64,000 bases of DNA from assembly GCA_029548865.1 (NCBI GenBank), contig JAKPMO010000007.1, forward strand, positions 30,264-94,263. The letters are read 5' to 3'. Origin of the DNA: Caldisericota bacterium (GTDB taxonomy: Bacteria > Caldisericota > Caldisericia > JAAYUI01). A model generated the notes under the pieces. The model was not told the DNA's origin. It searched no databases and saw nothing but the letters and a program-made list of their open reading frames with translations. The stretch's first letter is position 1. Each line of letters opens with the position of its first letter. This document shows, piece after piece, positions 1-9,632 of this stretch. The position numbers were made by a program, and so were the translations under genes.

Positions 1-26
1 TGTTAATTATAAATAACGGTATTTAC

Positions 27-1871
27 ATGGCGAAAAAACATTCTTTTGCAAAATACTCTCTTTGCAATCCATGTAAATGCAAGATCGAAACATTTTGGGA
101 AAAAACCAAAAACGACACAATCAATCTTGAGGTGTGCCCCCTTGAAGAAAAACAGGCAAATTTCATTCTAAAAAATGATAATCCATCGGCAATTGTTGAG
201 TGTTCATTAAAATCCTCCTCCGATCATATCATATTGAGCGAAACAGCAGTAACGCTGAATCCTGAAAATGAAAAAACAATAATGGTCAGATATTGTGCAA
301 AAAAAGACGAACCGGACATATCCACAGAGGAAATAACAGTGACCACAAATTGTAATCAAGAAATCAAACTGGTCATCCAAACAACAAGAAAAACCGACTG
401 CAAAGAAAAATTGAAGAAAATATGGGAAACGGAGGGTTTTAATTTTTATTTGTTTGGGAGCAATCTCGTGGATATCAAATCTGACCTTAAAGCTCTAGAT
501 AAAACCATTGGGTCTGTGAACTTCAAAACTGGCAAACAAGCGTGGTCCTTGAAACTAAGCCAAATAGCCCCAGAAAACATGCCAATAGAGGATGTAATAA
601 TGCATGGAGTCAATCTGGTTCTCCGCTTGAAAGCCGAAGGCAAGGATGATTTATGGGTATCTATTGATACAAAAAATGGCAAACTCAAATGGAAAAGGAA
701 CGGCGGGGAGCCATGGGCAGAAGATGAATATCTGTCCAATGAAAATCGCGTTGTAACCTATTTCAGTCTGGATACAGGAAAAACATTGTGTTCTTCAATA
801 AAAATCCCCGATTATGCTTATATAACTCCTGTATTTATAAAGAATGACAAATACTTTTTAAAATTTGATTGCAGTGAAGACGAATTGAAAGAAACAGTTT
901 GTTACGACGCCAAGGGGAAGATTCTCTGGAAAACAAAAAGATTTTATCTCGACTATCTAGGACAAGGGAAATGCAAAAATTTATATTTAACCGATATAAA
1001 CATCAGCGATGATTTTCAAAAAGAAGAAGCGAAACAGCATAAGCTTGTAAGAATTGATCCAGCCACAGGAAAAGTTTTGTGGTCATTCGAAATTATCGGC
1101 ATACCTGAGGCAATAAGCGAAAGCGACACCATGCTGTATTTTTTTGATACATATGGTATTTATTGCCTAAACAACAAGGATGGATCGATTATCTGGCAAG
1201 AGAAATCCCATAAAATAATATTGAGTGCAGATATTCTAAATGGTTTCATAGTATACCGGAATAGCAATGGTGACGATAAAGCCGGCGGAATTGATCTTTA
1301 TGTTTTAGATCCGAAAAATGGGAAAGCTCTCTTTAAAAAAGAATTCAATTGGTACGTGAGATGGAGTACTGAAAACAATAATCTTTTTATCAATGATCTG
1401 CAATATGATGACCAAGGTCAATTCGTCGATGTGTTTTGCATTGACATGAAAAAATGGGAACTTATCTGGAAAGCAACAGGCAGAGGCGAAGCAAGAGTAA
1501 TCGGGCAGAAAACAATTTTTATAAGTGAAAACGATCTTTCATGGTTTTTTGATGGCAACCCCCTTGGCAATGCTGAACTTGAGGAATGCACATCTGGGGA
1601 AGATAGATTTGAAAATGATGTTCCAAAATGGTTTGGCAACAACATTTTTGTAAAAAATGGCAGTTACCTACAATCAATAGATGCATCAACTGGCAAAACA
1701 AAATGGAAATTGCGCAAAACAGGCTGGCCCAATATGCAAAAAATTATAGAAACAAGGAAAAGAGGGGCTTTTAACATTCTCATTGGGGAGCTCAAAACAC
1801 CATGTGTCATTGATGGAATTATCTTCAATTCTGAGGGTAAAAATCTGGTCTGTTACAAAGAGACAGATTGA
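27..1871 (+). CDS. PQQ-like beta-propeller repeat protein with a Cys-rich N-terminus. It may be 5'-partial, since the frame stays open to the window edge.
   Basis: Repeated 'D-x-x-(T/N)GK-x-x-W(K/S)' blades: DTKNGKLKWK, DPATGKVLWSF, NKDGSIIWQ, DPKNGKALF, DASTGKTKWKL. N-terminal CNPCKCK motif. There is no in-frame stop between position 1 and the ATG at 27. Confidence 0.5.
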   Translation: MAKKHSFAKYSLCNPCKCKIETFWEKTKNDTINLEVCPLEEKQANFILKNDNPSAIVECSLKSSSDHIILSETAVTLNPENEKTIMVRYCAKKDEPDISTEEITVTTNCNQEIKLVIQTTRKTDCKEKLKKIWETEGFNFYLFGSNLVDIKSDLKALDKTIGSVNFKTGKQAWSLKLSQIAPENMPIEDVIMHGVNLVLRLKAEGKDDLWVSIDTKNGKLKWKRNGGEPWAEDEYLSNENRVVTYFSLDTGKTLCSSIKIPDYAYITPVFIKNDKYFLKFDCSEDELKETVCYDAKGKILWKTKRFYLDYLGQGKCKNLYLTDINISDDFQKEEAKQHKLVRIDPATGKVLWSFEIIGIPEAISESDTMLYFFDTYGIYCLNNKDGSIIWQEKSHKIILSADILNGFIVYRNSNGDDKAGGIDLYVLDPKNGKALFKKEFNWYVRWSTENNNLFINDLQYDDQGQFVDVFCIDMKKWELIWKATGRGEARVIGQKTIFISENDLSWFFDGNPLGNAELEECTSGEDRFENDVPKWFGNNIFVKNGSYLQSIDASTGKTKWKLRKTGWPNMQKIIETRKRGAFNILIGELKTPCVIDGIIFNSEGKNLVCYKETD

Positions 1872-2008
1872 TCCACTGATTAAAAAGCTATTATTTAGCA
1901 TTAGAAGGTTTTGTTATATATGACTGTGAGGATATTTTTGATATTGCAATAGCAAGGTTTTTCTTATAATAAACATGTCTGAAAAAACTGGGAACTAGAG
2001 GAGGGACG

Positions 2009-3124
2009 ATGAGAAAAATTGTAAGTATTCTGATTGCCATTGTAATTTCAATGTTTTTTGTGCTTAATCCAATGGGTGCCGGCAAAATTGCCAGTTTGAG
2101 TGAAAAATATTTCGATACTCGCGACAGGTATTTTGATATTGTGGCATACGGATATGATGGGCCACAAAAAATCGAGTACAAGGAGCCATCACCACTTTTC
2201 AGGTATTATGAAGGAGCCATCACTTTTTTTGAATTCGAGATAAAAGATCAAGATGGGACAAATATTGTAGCCCCAAAATTCGATGAAAATGGCAACCCTA
2301 TCAAAATCAAACAAAATGATCCCAAGATTATTGAGAAAATCCTACTCTGTTTGTCTCCCATGATAAATGCAAAGATTGGCAACAATAGCAAAAACTTTAA
2401 GGAAGTGGCACTTGGGATTTACCTGGGCGACAGGGGCTGGGAATATCTTGCATATTCGCTGGATTTTCCAGAGCATCATCACTTCAACAGAGCAAGCTCC
2501 ATGAGCGATAAAATATATCCCTACGGCACTTTTTCAATCGTAGACAATGATTTCAATTTTGAGGTTTATGAGTACTACGGGGTAATGCACCAAAGAACAA
2601 GAGCTGAGGCGTTTAATCCCGATTTGTGCAACATTCATGAATATCCTGGTCTGGATGAAATGGCTGAAATATCTTATAGCAGATATGATTTTGGCCAAGG
2701 CTATCTTCAAACAGGATATGGGCCTGGCAAATATTGTCTCGCTGGGCAACAACGCGAATGGGCTGAAAACGCGTTAACATCAAGAAGGGAGATGGGCGGT
2801 GAAATCCTGATCGATATTCGCTTTCTCTCGGAAGTGCTTTTTTCTCCAATGATTTATAATGACAGCAAATCCTGCACCATAAAAAGATTGTGCCAGCTGA
2901 AAAGTTCCGAAATCGAGCTTGTTGAATTGAAATTCACTGCAGATAGAAAAAAAGTGCTGGTAAATGGTGTCGAGAAGGATTTATCAGAGGCCCCTACAAT
3001 AATAAACGATAGGCTATATGTTCCCGTTGCTGATGCATGCAAATTCCTTAAGGCCAATTGTCATATTCGTGGTACTGACGGGGCAGTCCTTATCGCCAGA
3101 TTTTTTGCCCCAATGCGTGACTGA
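2009..3124 (+). CDS. secreted protein, paralog 1 of a 4-member tandem family. The N-terminal domain is unknown. The C-terminal domain resembles a divergent copper-amine-oxidase N-terminal (stalk) domain.
   Basis: Signal peptide MRKIVSILIAIVISMFFVLNPMGAG, with AGAGGAGG 8 nt upstream. Family motifs: FFEFEI, DKIYPYG, YNFEVYEYYGVMHQRTRAEAFNPD. C-terminal 'VNGVEKDLSEAPTIINDRLYVPVADACKFLKANCH...ARFFAPM'. Confidence 0.55.
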   Translation: MRKIVSILIAIVISMFFVLNPMGAGKIASLSEKYFDTRDRYFDIVAYGYDGPQKIEYKEPSPLFRYYEGAITFFEFEIKDQDGTNIVAPKFDENGNPIKIKQNDPKIIEKILLCLSPMINAKIGNNSKNFKEVALGIYLGDRGWEYLAYSLDFPEHHHFNRASSMSDKIYPYGTFSIVDNDFNFEVYEYYGVMHQRTRAEAFNPDLCNIHEYPGLDEMAEISYSRYDFGQGYLQTGYGPGKYCLAGQQREWAENALTSRREMGGEILIDIRFLSEVLFSPMIYNDSKSCTIKRLCQLKSSEIELVELKFTADRKKVLVNGVEKDLSEAPTIINDRLYVPVADACKFLKANCHIRGTDGAVLIARFFAPMRD

Positions 3125-3232
3125 GGACCATAATGTAATACAGATAAGTGTTTCAACAAAAATTTCTTCGAACCGTTTTGCCTCTTGGTCCGTTTCTTGT
3201 ATTGGAAACCAATTGAGTCGATGGAGGGCAAA

Positions 3233-4339
3233 ATGAATGTAATTCTCAATCTAAGGAAGTTTGTTCTGGTTCTAGTTGTCTTTGCAATAATTGTCACCCC
3301 ATATTCCAGCCCCAGTTTTGGCATTCAGAAAATGATCTGGCCACAGGACCCTTTTACGATAATCGCATATGAGTATAGGTCATTTTCTGGTGGTTCATTC
3401 TGGTCTTTCAAAAAACCCACGCCAATGCTTTCGTATGAAAAAGGCAAACTCACATTTTATGAATTTGAAATTGTAGAAGACGAGACTGGGAAACACTATT
3501 CACCCGTTCTGGATGAATATGGATCACCGGTCAAGGTTGATCCGGCAGACAAGGACATTGTGAAAAAAGCTGAAAAGATAATTACCAGTAGGCGGCTTTT
3601 TGGCAAGCTTGATGGCCCACAGGGCCGGATTGCTTTGGGAATGTTCTTCCAAGAGGATGACAACTATTATAAATGGAAATACTGCATTTTTGGAAAGGAC
3701 ATCAATAGAAGTCAATATATCTCGGGAACAGACAAGATATATCCAGTCGGTTCAATAAGCTACCTTGATGGGGATTACAACTTTGAGGTGCAGGCATATC
3801 ATGGGTATGCATACCAGGTAGAACGAAGGGAAGCACTCAATCCTGAATACTATGACCGTTACGAAATTCCAGGCCTTGTGGATTTTGGTGAGGCATCATA
3901 TATAAATCGTCAAAGTGGTGCCGGATATCTCTGGCTCAGTGCAAAAGATCCAAAAGTAGTAATTAATACTGTTGAGCATTCCTACACTAATTTTGCACTT
4001 GTGTTGTCTGAAAACCAAATACCGTTCGTTGCTTTAAGCTTTCTTTCCGATGTGCTCTTTGCGCCAATGACGGGTGATGGTGAAACATATACAATCCAAA
4101 GGCTATATAATATCAAAACCACGGAGGTTGAGCTGGTAAAGCTGACATTGACCAAGGACAGTAAAAAAGCACTTATTGATGGCAAAGAGGTTGAGTTATC
4201 CGAACCTCCATTCATGACAGACACTGGGCTTTTTGTCCCACTTCTTGATGTTTGCAAGCTCCTCAAGGCCAACTGCCACTACAGAAAAACTGACTATTCG
4301 GCCATTGTCGCCAGATTTTTCGCTCCAATGAATGAATGA
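3233..4339 (+). CDS. secreted protein, paralog 2 of the tandem family
   Basis: Start refined to ATG 3233 (GGAGGG 6 nt upstream; MNVILNLRKFVLVLVVFAII signal peptide). Motifs: FYEFEI, DKIYPVGSISYLDGDYNFEVQAYHGYAYQVERREALNPE, CKLLKANCHYRKTDYSAIVARFFAPMNE. Confidence 0.55.
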   Translation: MNVILNLRKFVLVLVVFAIIVTPYSSPSFGIQKMIWPQDPFTIIAYEYRSFSGGSFWSFKKPTPMLSYEKGKLTFYEFEIVEDETGKHYSPVLDEYGSPVKVDPADKDIVKKAEKIITSRRLFGKLDGPQGRIALGMFFQEDDNYYKWKYCIFGKDINRSQYISGTDKIYPVGSISYLDGDYNFEVQAYHGYAYQVERREALNPEYYDRYEIPGLVDFGEASYINRQSGAGYLWLSAKDPKVVINTVEHSYTNFALVLSENQIPFVALSFLSDVLFAPMTGDGETYTIQRLYNIKTTEVELVKLTLTKDSKKALIDGKEVELSEPPFMTDTGLFVPLLDVCKLLKANCHYRKTDYSAIVARFFAPMNE

Positions 4340-4403
4340 CAACAAGCAGATGAAAAACAAGGAAATGAGTCTTTTTTAAATACACGAAAAGAGAGGATGA
4401 ACC

Positions 4404-5534
4404 ATGAAGAAAACAATAATATTTTTGCTTGCATCAATAATCCTGGTGTCCCCATTGGGGCATGCAAAGTCCCTGAACAAAGAGGCTGCCCCTTCGCAGT
4501 TCCCGGACTTCAAAATAGTAGTAGACAAAGACTACTCATTTGAAGATCTGGATAAAAAATATACCATAATGGAGCACACAAAAGAGGAAGGCCTGGTCTT
4601 CTACAGGTTGGAGAAAAAGCAAACTGCAAAATCATTTGCCTACTTGCCAGTTCTGGACAAAAACAACAACCCTGTCAAGCTGAGTCCAAAAGACCCTGAT
4701 TATTGTTATGAAGTTGCTAAAGCTCTCAATGTTTCAATTGCAGCAGTTCAGCTGGAGACTGAGTCTGACATACTAGCGGTATCTATTGTTTTTTACAATT
4801 ATGGTGATTATGAATTTTACACAGCATTGACACAAAGTTCATTTTCTAAACATGGTACCGGTTCATCGGGGTTTGTCAGCTTTGAAAATATGCACAAGTA
4901 CAAAATGTTGTCAAAAGGTAGCGCCTACATAATAGACACCAACCTCAACATCGAGTATCTGAGACTGGAAGACAAAGAATACAAGATAACCCATGAAACA
5001 CTCAACCCGGATCTTGAAGAGAACAACATTATCTATGCCATAGATAATGTTGTTACTCACACTTATTCCAGTTATGACAATGTAGGAGGATACATCCATC
5101 TCCAACTGGACAACCCGATATATACCATAGCTGGCAAACCCATCAAATATTACCCGCCACCCACACTTAAAGACGGTCAGTTGATGGTTGGGCTGGAAAT
5201 TGTCAATAAAATGGGTGCATTTTACGAGAGAATAAAAGATACAAATGGATACAGGATTGTCAAGGCTGATAAAGCAATCCATGGGCCAATAACGGTAACC
5301 GACATCACCATTACAATCGGTGAGAAAAAGGCCATTGTTGATGGCCAGGAGTATGAACTCAGTGCCATACCGTACTATTATACTGTAAAACCTTACAATG
5401 ATAATCCAATGATACCCCTGCGTGATTTTTGCTATCTCCTTAACAATGAGCTTCACTGGAGACCAATTGACAATTCTGCCCTTATTGATAGATTCCAACC
5501 GATAGATCCGAGGGAGCCATTGCCAAAGAAATGA
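4404..5534 (+). CDS. secreted protein, paralog 3 of the tandem family and the most divergent member
   Basis: Signal peptide MKKTIIFLLASIILVSPLGHA, with AGAGAGGATGA upstream. C-terminal 'VDGQEYELSAIPYYYTVKPYNDNPMIPLRDFCYLLNNELHW' fits the stalk-domain pattern. It lacks the ARFFAPM tail. Confidence 0.5.
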   Translation: MKKTIIFLLASIILVSPLGHAKSLNKEAAPSQFPDFKIVVDKDYSFEDLDKKYTIMEHTKEEGLVFYRLEKKQTAKSFAYLPVLDKNNNPVKLSPKDPDYCYEVAKALNVSIAAVQLETESDILAVSIVFYNYGDYEFYTALTQSSFSKHGTGSSGFVSFENMHKYKMLSKGSAYIIDTNLNIEYLRLEDKEYKITHETLNPDLEENNIIYAIDNVVTHTYSSYDNVGGYIHLQLDNPIYTIAGKPIKYYPPPTLKDGQLMVGLEIVNKMGAFYERIKDTNGYRIVKADKAIHGPITVTDITITIGEKKAIVDGQEYELSAIPYYYTVKPYNDNPMIPLRDFCYLLNNELHWRPIDNSALIDRFQPIDPREPLPKK

Positions 5535-5772
5535 TGATATAAAATCATGCTTGCCAGCTCCACCACCACAGCTGGCCTCTTCTCTGGTGACATAACTTTT
5601 TCTACTTCTGGAACTGGTAAAACTTACGATAGGTCGGATACTGGATATGCATCAATGTATCGAGATAATCTTCACTTGATAGCTTTTGATAATAACAATG
5701 ATGGTATTGTAGATTACTATGAGTGGGATCTATCAGGGCTTCAAAATTGGCCATAAATATAAGGAGGAAAAT

Positions 5773-6876
5773 ATGAAAAGTAAATATATTGTACCAATAA
5801 TTCTTGCATTCACATTACTATTTGGCAATGTAGCCAGCTACAGCAGACAAAATGATAATGAAACAATGTTTTCAACTAATGGCAGGTCATTTGAGATAGT
5901 TGCATACAAATATATGGGTGGAAATAAACCCTATGAGTATGGCAAACCGTCCCCATTGCTGGTTTGTGAAGACGGGGAGCTGACATTTTACGAATTTGAA
6001 TGCAAAGATATTGAAGGGTGCCGCCAGGTTGTCCCAAAACTGGACAAAGACGGTTATCCGATAAAAATTCAAAAAAATGATAAAGATATACTTGAGAAAT
6101 TGTTTGTTACACTAAATCCAAGAATAGTTGCCAAAATTGAAAATACAAAACTGAGAATCAATGCCATTGCCCTTGGTATATTTGTTGGAACACAATGGAA
6201 TTTCAACATATACACCAAGGATTTGGTGGAAGAATTTAAGTTAAGGATGGATGCTTCAGGTACAGATAAGATCTATCCTTATGGTTCAATATCGATAATG
6301 GATGATAATTACAATTTTGAGGTTTATGAATACTATGGTGTTATGCATCAAAGAACAAGGGTTGAGTCACTTAACCCTGATTGTTGCGAATACCTTTCTG
6401 ATTATCCTGGATTATACAAGCTAGGTGAGGCATTATATAGTACAGGTGGTTTTGGTCAAGGATACCTATGGGGTAAGGTTGATTCTAATCAGTTTAAAAT
6501 TGCCGGAAGAGATTATGAATGGATTATGCCAGCATTTGTTTGGGGTGAAGGAGGTTTGTTTGTAAATCTTTTATTCCTTACAGATGTTTTGTTTGCACCA
6601 TATACTTCTGATGGGAAGACATACACCATAAAACGATTGTTTCGTAAACAATCTCGCAATGAAACCATCCTTATCGAGCTACAACTAACAAAAAACAGCA
6701 AAAAAGCTTATCTAAATGGCCAGGAAGTGGAACTTTCGCTTGAGCCGTTTGATACGAAAGACGCTTTTTATGTTCCACTCCTGGATGTCTGCAGGCTTCT
6801 CAGGGCAAACTGCCACACCAGTAGGTATGATGGGTCAATCCTCATCGCCAGATTCTTCGCCCCAATGAACGACTAG
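5773..6876 (+). CDS. secreted protein, paralog 4 of the tandem family
   Basis: Start refined to ATG 5773 (AAGGAGGAAAAT ATG; MKSKYIVPIILAFTLLFGNVASYS). Motifs: FYEFEC, DKIYPYGSISIMDDNYNFEVYEYYGVMHQRTRVESLNPD, CRLLRANCHTSRYDGSILIARFFAPMND. Confidence 0.55.
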   Translation: MKSKYIVPIILAFTLLFGNVASYSRQNDNETMFSTNGRSFEIVAYKYMGGNKPYEYGKPSPLLVCEDGELTFYEFECKDIEGCRQVVPKLDKDGYPIKIQKNDKDILEKLFVTLNPRIVAKIENTKLRINAIALGIFVGTQWNFNIYTKDLVEEFKLRMDASGTDKIYPYGSISIMDDNYNFEVYEYYGVMHQRTRVESLNPDCCEYLSDYPGLYKLGEALYSTGGFGQGYLWGKVDSNQFKIAGRDYEWIMPAFVWGEGGLFVNLLFLTDVLFAPYTSDGKTYTIKRLFRKQSRNETILIELQLTKNSKKAYLNGQEVELSLEPFDTKDAFYVPLLDVCRLLRANCHTSRYDGSILIARFFAPMND

Positions 6877-7015
6877 AGTCCCTCAGCTCCACAAAAAATT
6901 AATCCATAAAAAAATATAGACAATTTTTTGCTCTTTGTTAGCAACAAATTCTTGACTTGGCTGGTCCTTGCTGGCAAAATCCATTGGTCATGACGCACAC
7001 TAACAGGAGGTCCCC

Positions 7016-9631
7016 ATGATGGACGCAGCCTACAACCCGGGGCAGGTTGAAGAAAAGATATATAAATTCTGGATGGATGGCGGATTTTTTGAGTCGCACC
7101 CGGACAAGACAAAAAAACCCTTTGTCATCATGATGCCTCTTCCAAACGTTACCGGCGTCCTGCACACCGGCCACGCCCTGAACAACGGCCTGCAGGACCT
7201 CTGCACAAGATACCACAGAATGAAGGGTGAAAACGCCCTTTATCTGCCCGGTGTTGACCACGCCGGCATTGCGACCCAGATCGTCGTCGAGAAGGAACTC
7301 TACAAAACCGAGGGAAAGTCAAGGTTTGACATCGGCAGGGAAGAGTTTGTGAAAAGGGTCTGGCAGTGGAAGGAAAGGTGCGGCAACACCATTGTCAACC
7401 AGCAAAAGCGCCTTGGCATTTCATGCGACTGGTCGCACTTCCGCTTCACCATGGACGAGCCCTACCAGAAAGCAGTGCGCGAGGTTTTCTGCCACTATTA
7501 TGAAAAAGGCCTCATTTACAGGGGCAAAAAAGTAATCAACTGGTGCCCGAGGTGCCAGACTGTCATATCAGACATCGAGGTGGAGCACGAGGACGCACAG
7601 GGCAACCTCTGGCACATAAAATACCCGTTTGCCGACAATCCTGAAGACGGAATCATTGTCGCCACAACAAGGCCGGAAACCATGCTTGGAGACACTGCTG
7701 TTGCTGTAAATCCCAGCGACGAGAGATACAGGGACCTCGTCGGGAAAAAAGTCATCCTCCCGATTGCTGGAAGGGACATCCCGATCATTGCCGATGAATA
7801 TGTAGACAGGGAGTTTGGCAGTGGCGCCGTGAAGATCACACCAGCCCACGACCCGAATGACTTTGAGGTTGGCAGGAGGCACGACCTCCCGATGCCAGTC
7901 GTAATGGGGCCTGATGGCAGGATGATCGATGTCCCGGAAAGATTTGTTGGCCTCACAATGCTTGAGGCAAGGAAGAAAATCGTTGCCGAACTCGAGGAAA
8001 AAGGTTATCTCATAAAAATTGAACCCCATTCACACGCTGTTGGCCACCACGACAAGTGCAAGACAGTAATTGAACCACTCCTCTCTCCGCAGCTTTTCTT
8101 GAAAATGAAGGAACTTGCACAGCCAGCCATCGACATCGTCAGGGAAAAGGGTGTCAGGTTCACACCGGAGAGATACACGAAGGTCTATTTTGACTGGATG
8201 GAAAACATCCTCGACTGGCCCATCTCAAGGCAGTGCTGGTGGGGCCACAGGATTCCAATTTTCACCTGCGAAAAATGCAACCATGAATTTGCCTCAAGGG
8301 TCGACGTGGAAAGGTGCCCAAAGTGTGGTGGAAAGGTGCACCAGGACGAAGATGCCCTTGATACATGGTTCTCGTCTGCCCTCTGGCCTTTTGCCACGCT
8401 TGGCTGGCCGGACAAAACCGAGGATTTTGAATACTATTACCCTGGCTCACTCCTTCTGACTGCATACGACATCATATTCCTGTGGGTCGCCAGAATGATC
8501 TTCTCCGGGCTGGAGCTTGTCGGGAAGAAACCATTTGATGATGTGTACCTGACAGGACTCATAAGAGACGAACACGGAAGAAAGATGAGCAAGTCTCTTG
8601 CAAATGCAATCGACCCGATTGAAGTCATTGACAAATACGGCGCAGATGCGCTCAGGTTTACCCTCACATACCTCTCGACACTCGGCGGGCAAGACATAAG
8701 CCTCGGCGACAAAGCGCTGACTGAAGGCAGAAACTTCATAAACAAGGTCTGGAATGCCTCGAGGTTCACCATAATGAACCTTGAAGGATACACGCCCGGG
8801 CCAATCGAAAACCCGACATTTGCCGACAGGTGGATCATTTCAAAACTGTCAGAAACTGTCAGGGAAGTGACAGCCTCGTTTGACTGCTTCGATTTCGCCA
8901 AAGCTGCGAGAACGATCTATGATTTCTTCTGGACAGATTTTTGCGACTGGTATGTGGAAATGTCCAAACTCCCGCTTCAATCTGGCGGGAAGGACAAGGA
9001 GAGGACACAGAGGGTCTTGAAACTCGTACTGGACAACACTCTCAGAATACTCCATCCAATAGCCCCATTCGTGACCGAAGAGATATGGCAAAAACTGCCA
9101 CATGAAGGCAAGGCCCTAATTGTGGCGGCCTGGCCAAAACCTGAAGATCTCACCTTCGACAAACAGGCAATGGAGGAGATGGAGGTGCTTCAGGGGGCCG
9201 TAAAATCAATCAGGAACCTCAAGGCAAGCCTCAGGGTGCACCAGGCAATTGTTCCATGCTCATTCATGGCAAAAGGCAACGATGCAATAGTTCTTGAAAG
9301 AGAAAAAGACTTTGTGATAAAACTCGCCAGGATTGAGGGGTTCAACCTTGTGCAGTCACAGCCGGAAGGCACTGTTGTTGCAGTGTTCAAGGACATGAAA
9401 TTCTTCCTTGATCTCTCGGGAAGAATAGACGTAGTCGAGGAGAAAAAGAGGGTTGCAGGCTCAATCGAAAAGACGAGAGCAGAAATGGACAAAATCCAGG
9501 CTCTTCTTTCAAATCCCGACTTCGCAAAGAGAGCCAAACCAGAGGTTGTTGAAAAGAACAGGGCAAGGCAGGAAGAGCTTTCTGCCGAACTATCTGCCCT
9601 CAATGAACTGGCACTTTCGCTTGGAGCCTGA
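7016..9631 (+). CDS. valS: valine--tRNA ligase
   Basis: Class I HIGH (LHTGHALNN) and KMSKS motifs. Length of 871 aa and overall similarity pattern fit ValRS. C-terminal coiled-coil tail present. Confidence 0.95.
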   Translation: MMDAAYNPGQVEEKIYKFWMDGGFFESHPDKTKKPFVIMMPLPNVTGVLHTGHALNNGLQDLCTRYHRMKGENALYLPGVDHAGIATQIVVEKELYKTEGKSRFDIGREEFVKRVWQWKERCGNTIVNQQKRLGISCDWSHFRFTMDEPYQKAVREVFCHYYEKGLIYRGKKVINWCPRCQTVISDIEVEHEDAQGNLWHIKYPFADNPEDGIIVATTRPETMLGDTAVAVNPSDERYRDLVGKKVILPIAGRDIPIIADEYVDREFGSGAVKITPAHDPNDFEVGRRHDLPMPVVMGPDGRMIDVPERFVGLTMLEARKKIVAELEEKGYLIKIEPHSHAVGHHDKCKTVIEPLLSPQLFLKMKELAQPAIDIVREKGVRFTPERYTKVYFDWMENILDWPISRQCWWGHRIPIFTCEKCNHEFASRVDVERCPKCGGKVHQDEDALDTWFSSALWPFATLGWPDKTEDFEYYYPGSLLLTAYDIIFLWVARMIFSGLELVGKKPFDDVYLTGLIRDEHGRKMSKSLANAIDPIEVIDKYGADALRFTLTYLSTLGGQDISLGDKALTEGRNFINKVWNASRFTIMNLEGYTPGPIENPTFADRWIISKLSETVREVTASFDCFDFAKAARTIYDFFWTDFCDWYVEMSKLPLQSGGKDKERTQRVLKLVLDNTLRILHPIAPFVTEEIWQKLPHEGKALIVAAWPKPEDLTFDKQAMEEMEVLQGAVKSIRNLKASLRVHQAIVPCSFMAKGNDAIVLEREKDFVIKLARIEGFNLVQSQPEGTVVAVFKDMKFFLDLSGRIDVVEEKKRVAGSIEKTRAEMDKIQALLSNPDFAKRAKPEVVEKNRARQEELSAELSALNELALSLGA

Positions 9632-9632
9632 A

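Noticed and set aside
6877-7015. T-box riboswitch upstream of valS, as in many Firmicutes
   Set aside because: The leader is only ~135 nt, and I see a plausible TTGACT...CAAAAT promoter but no specifier/antiterminator architecture. It is too short for a T-box.
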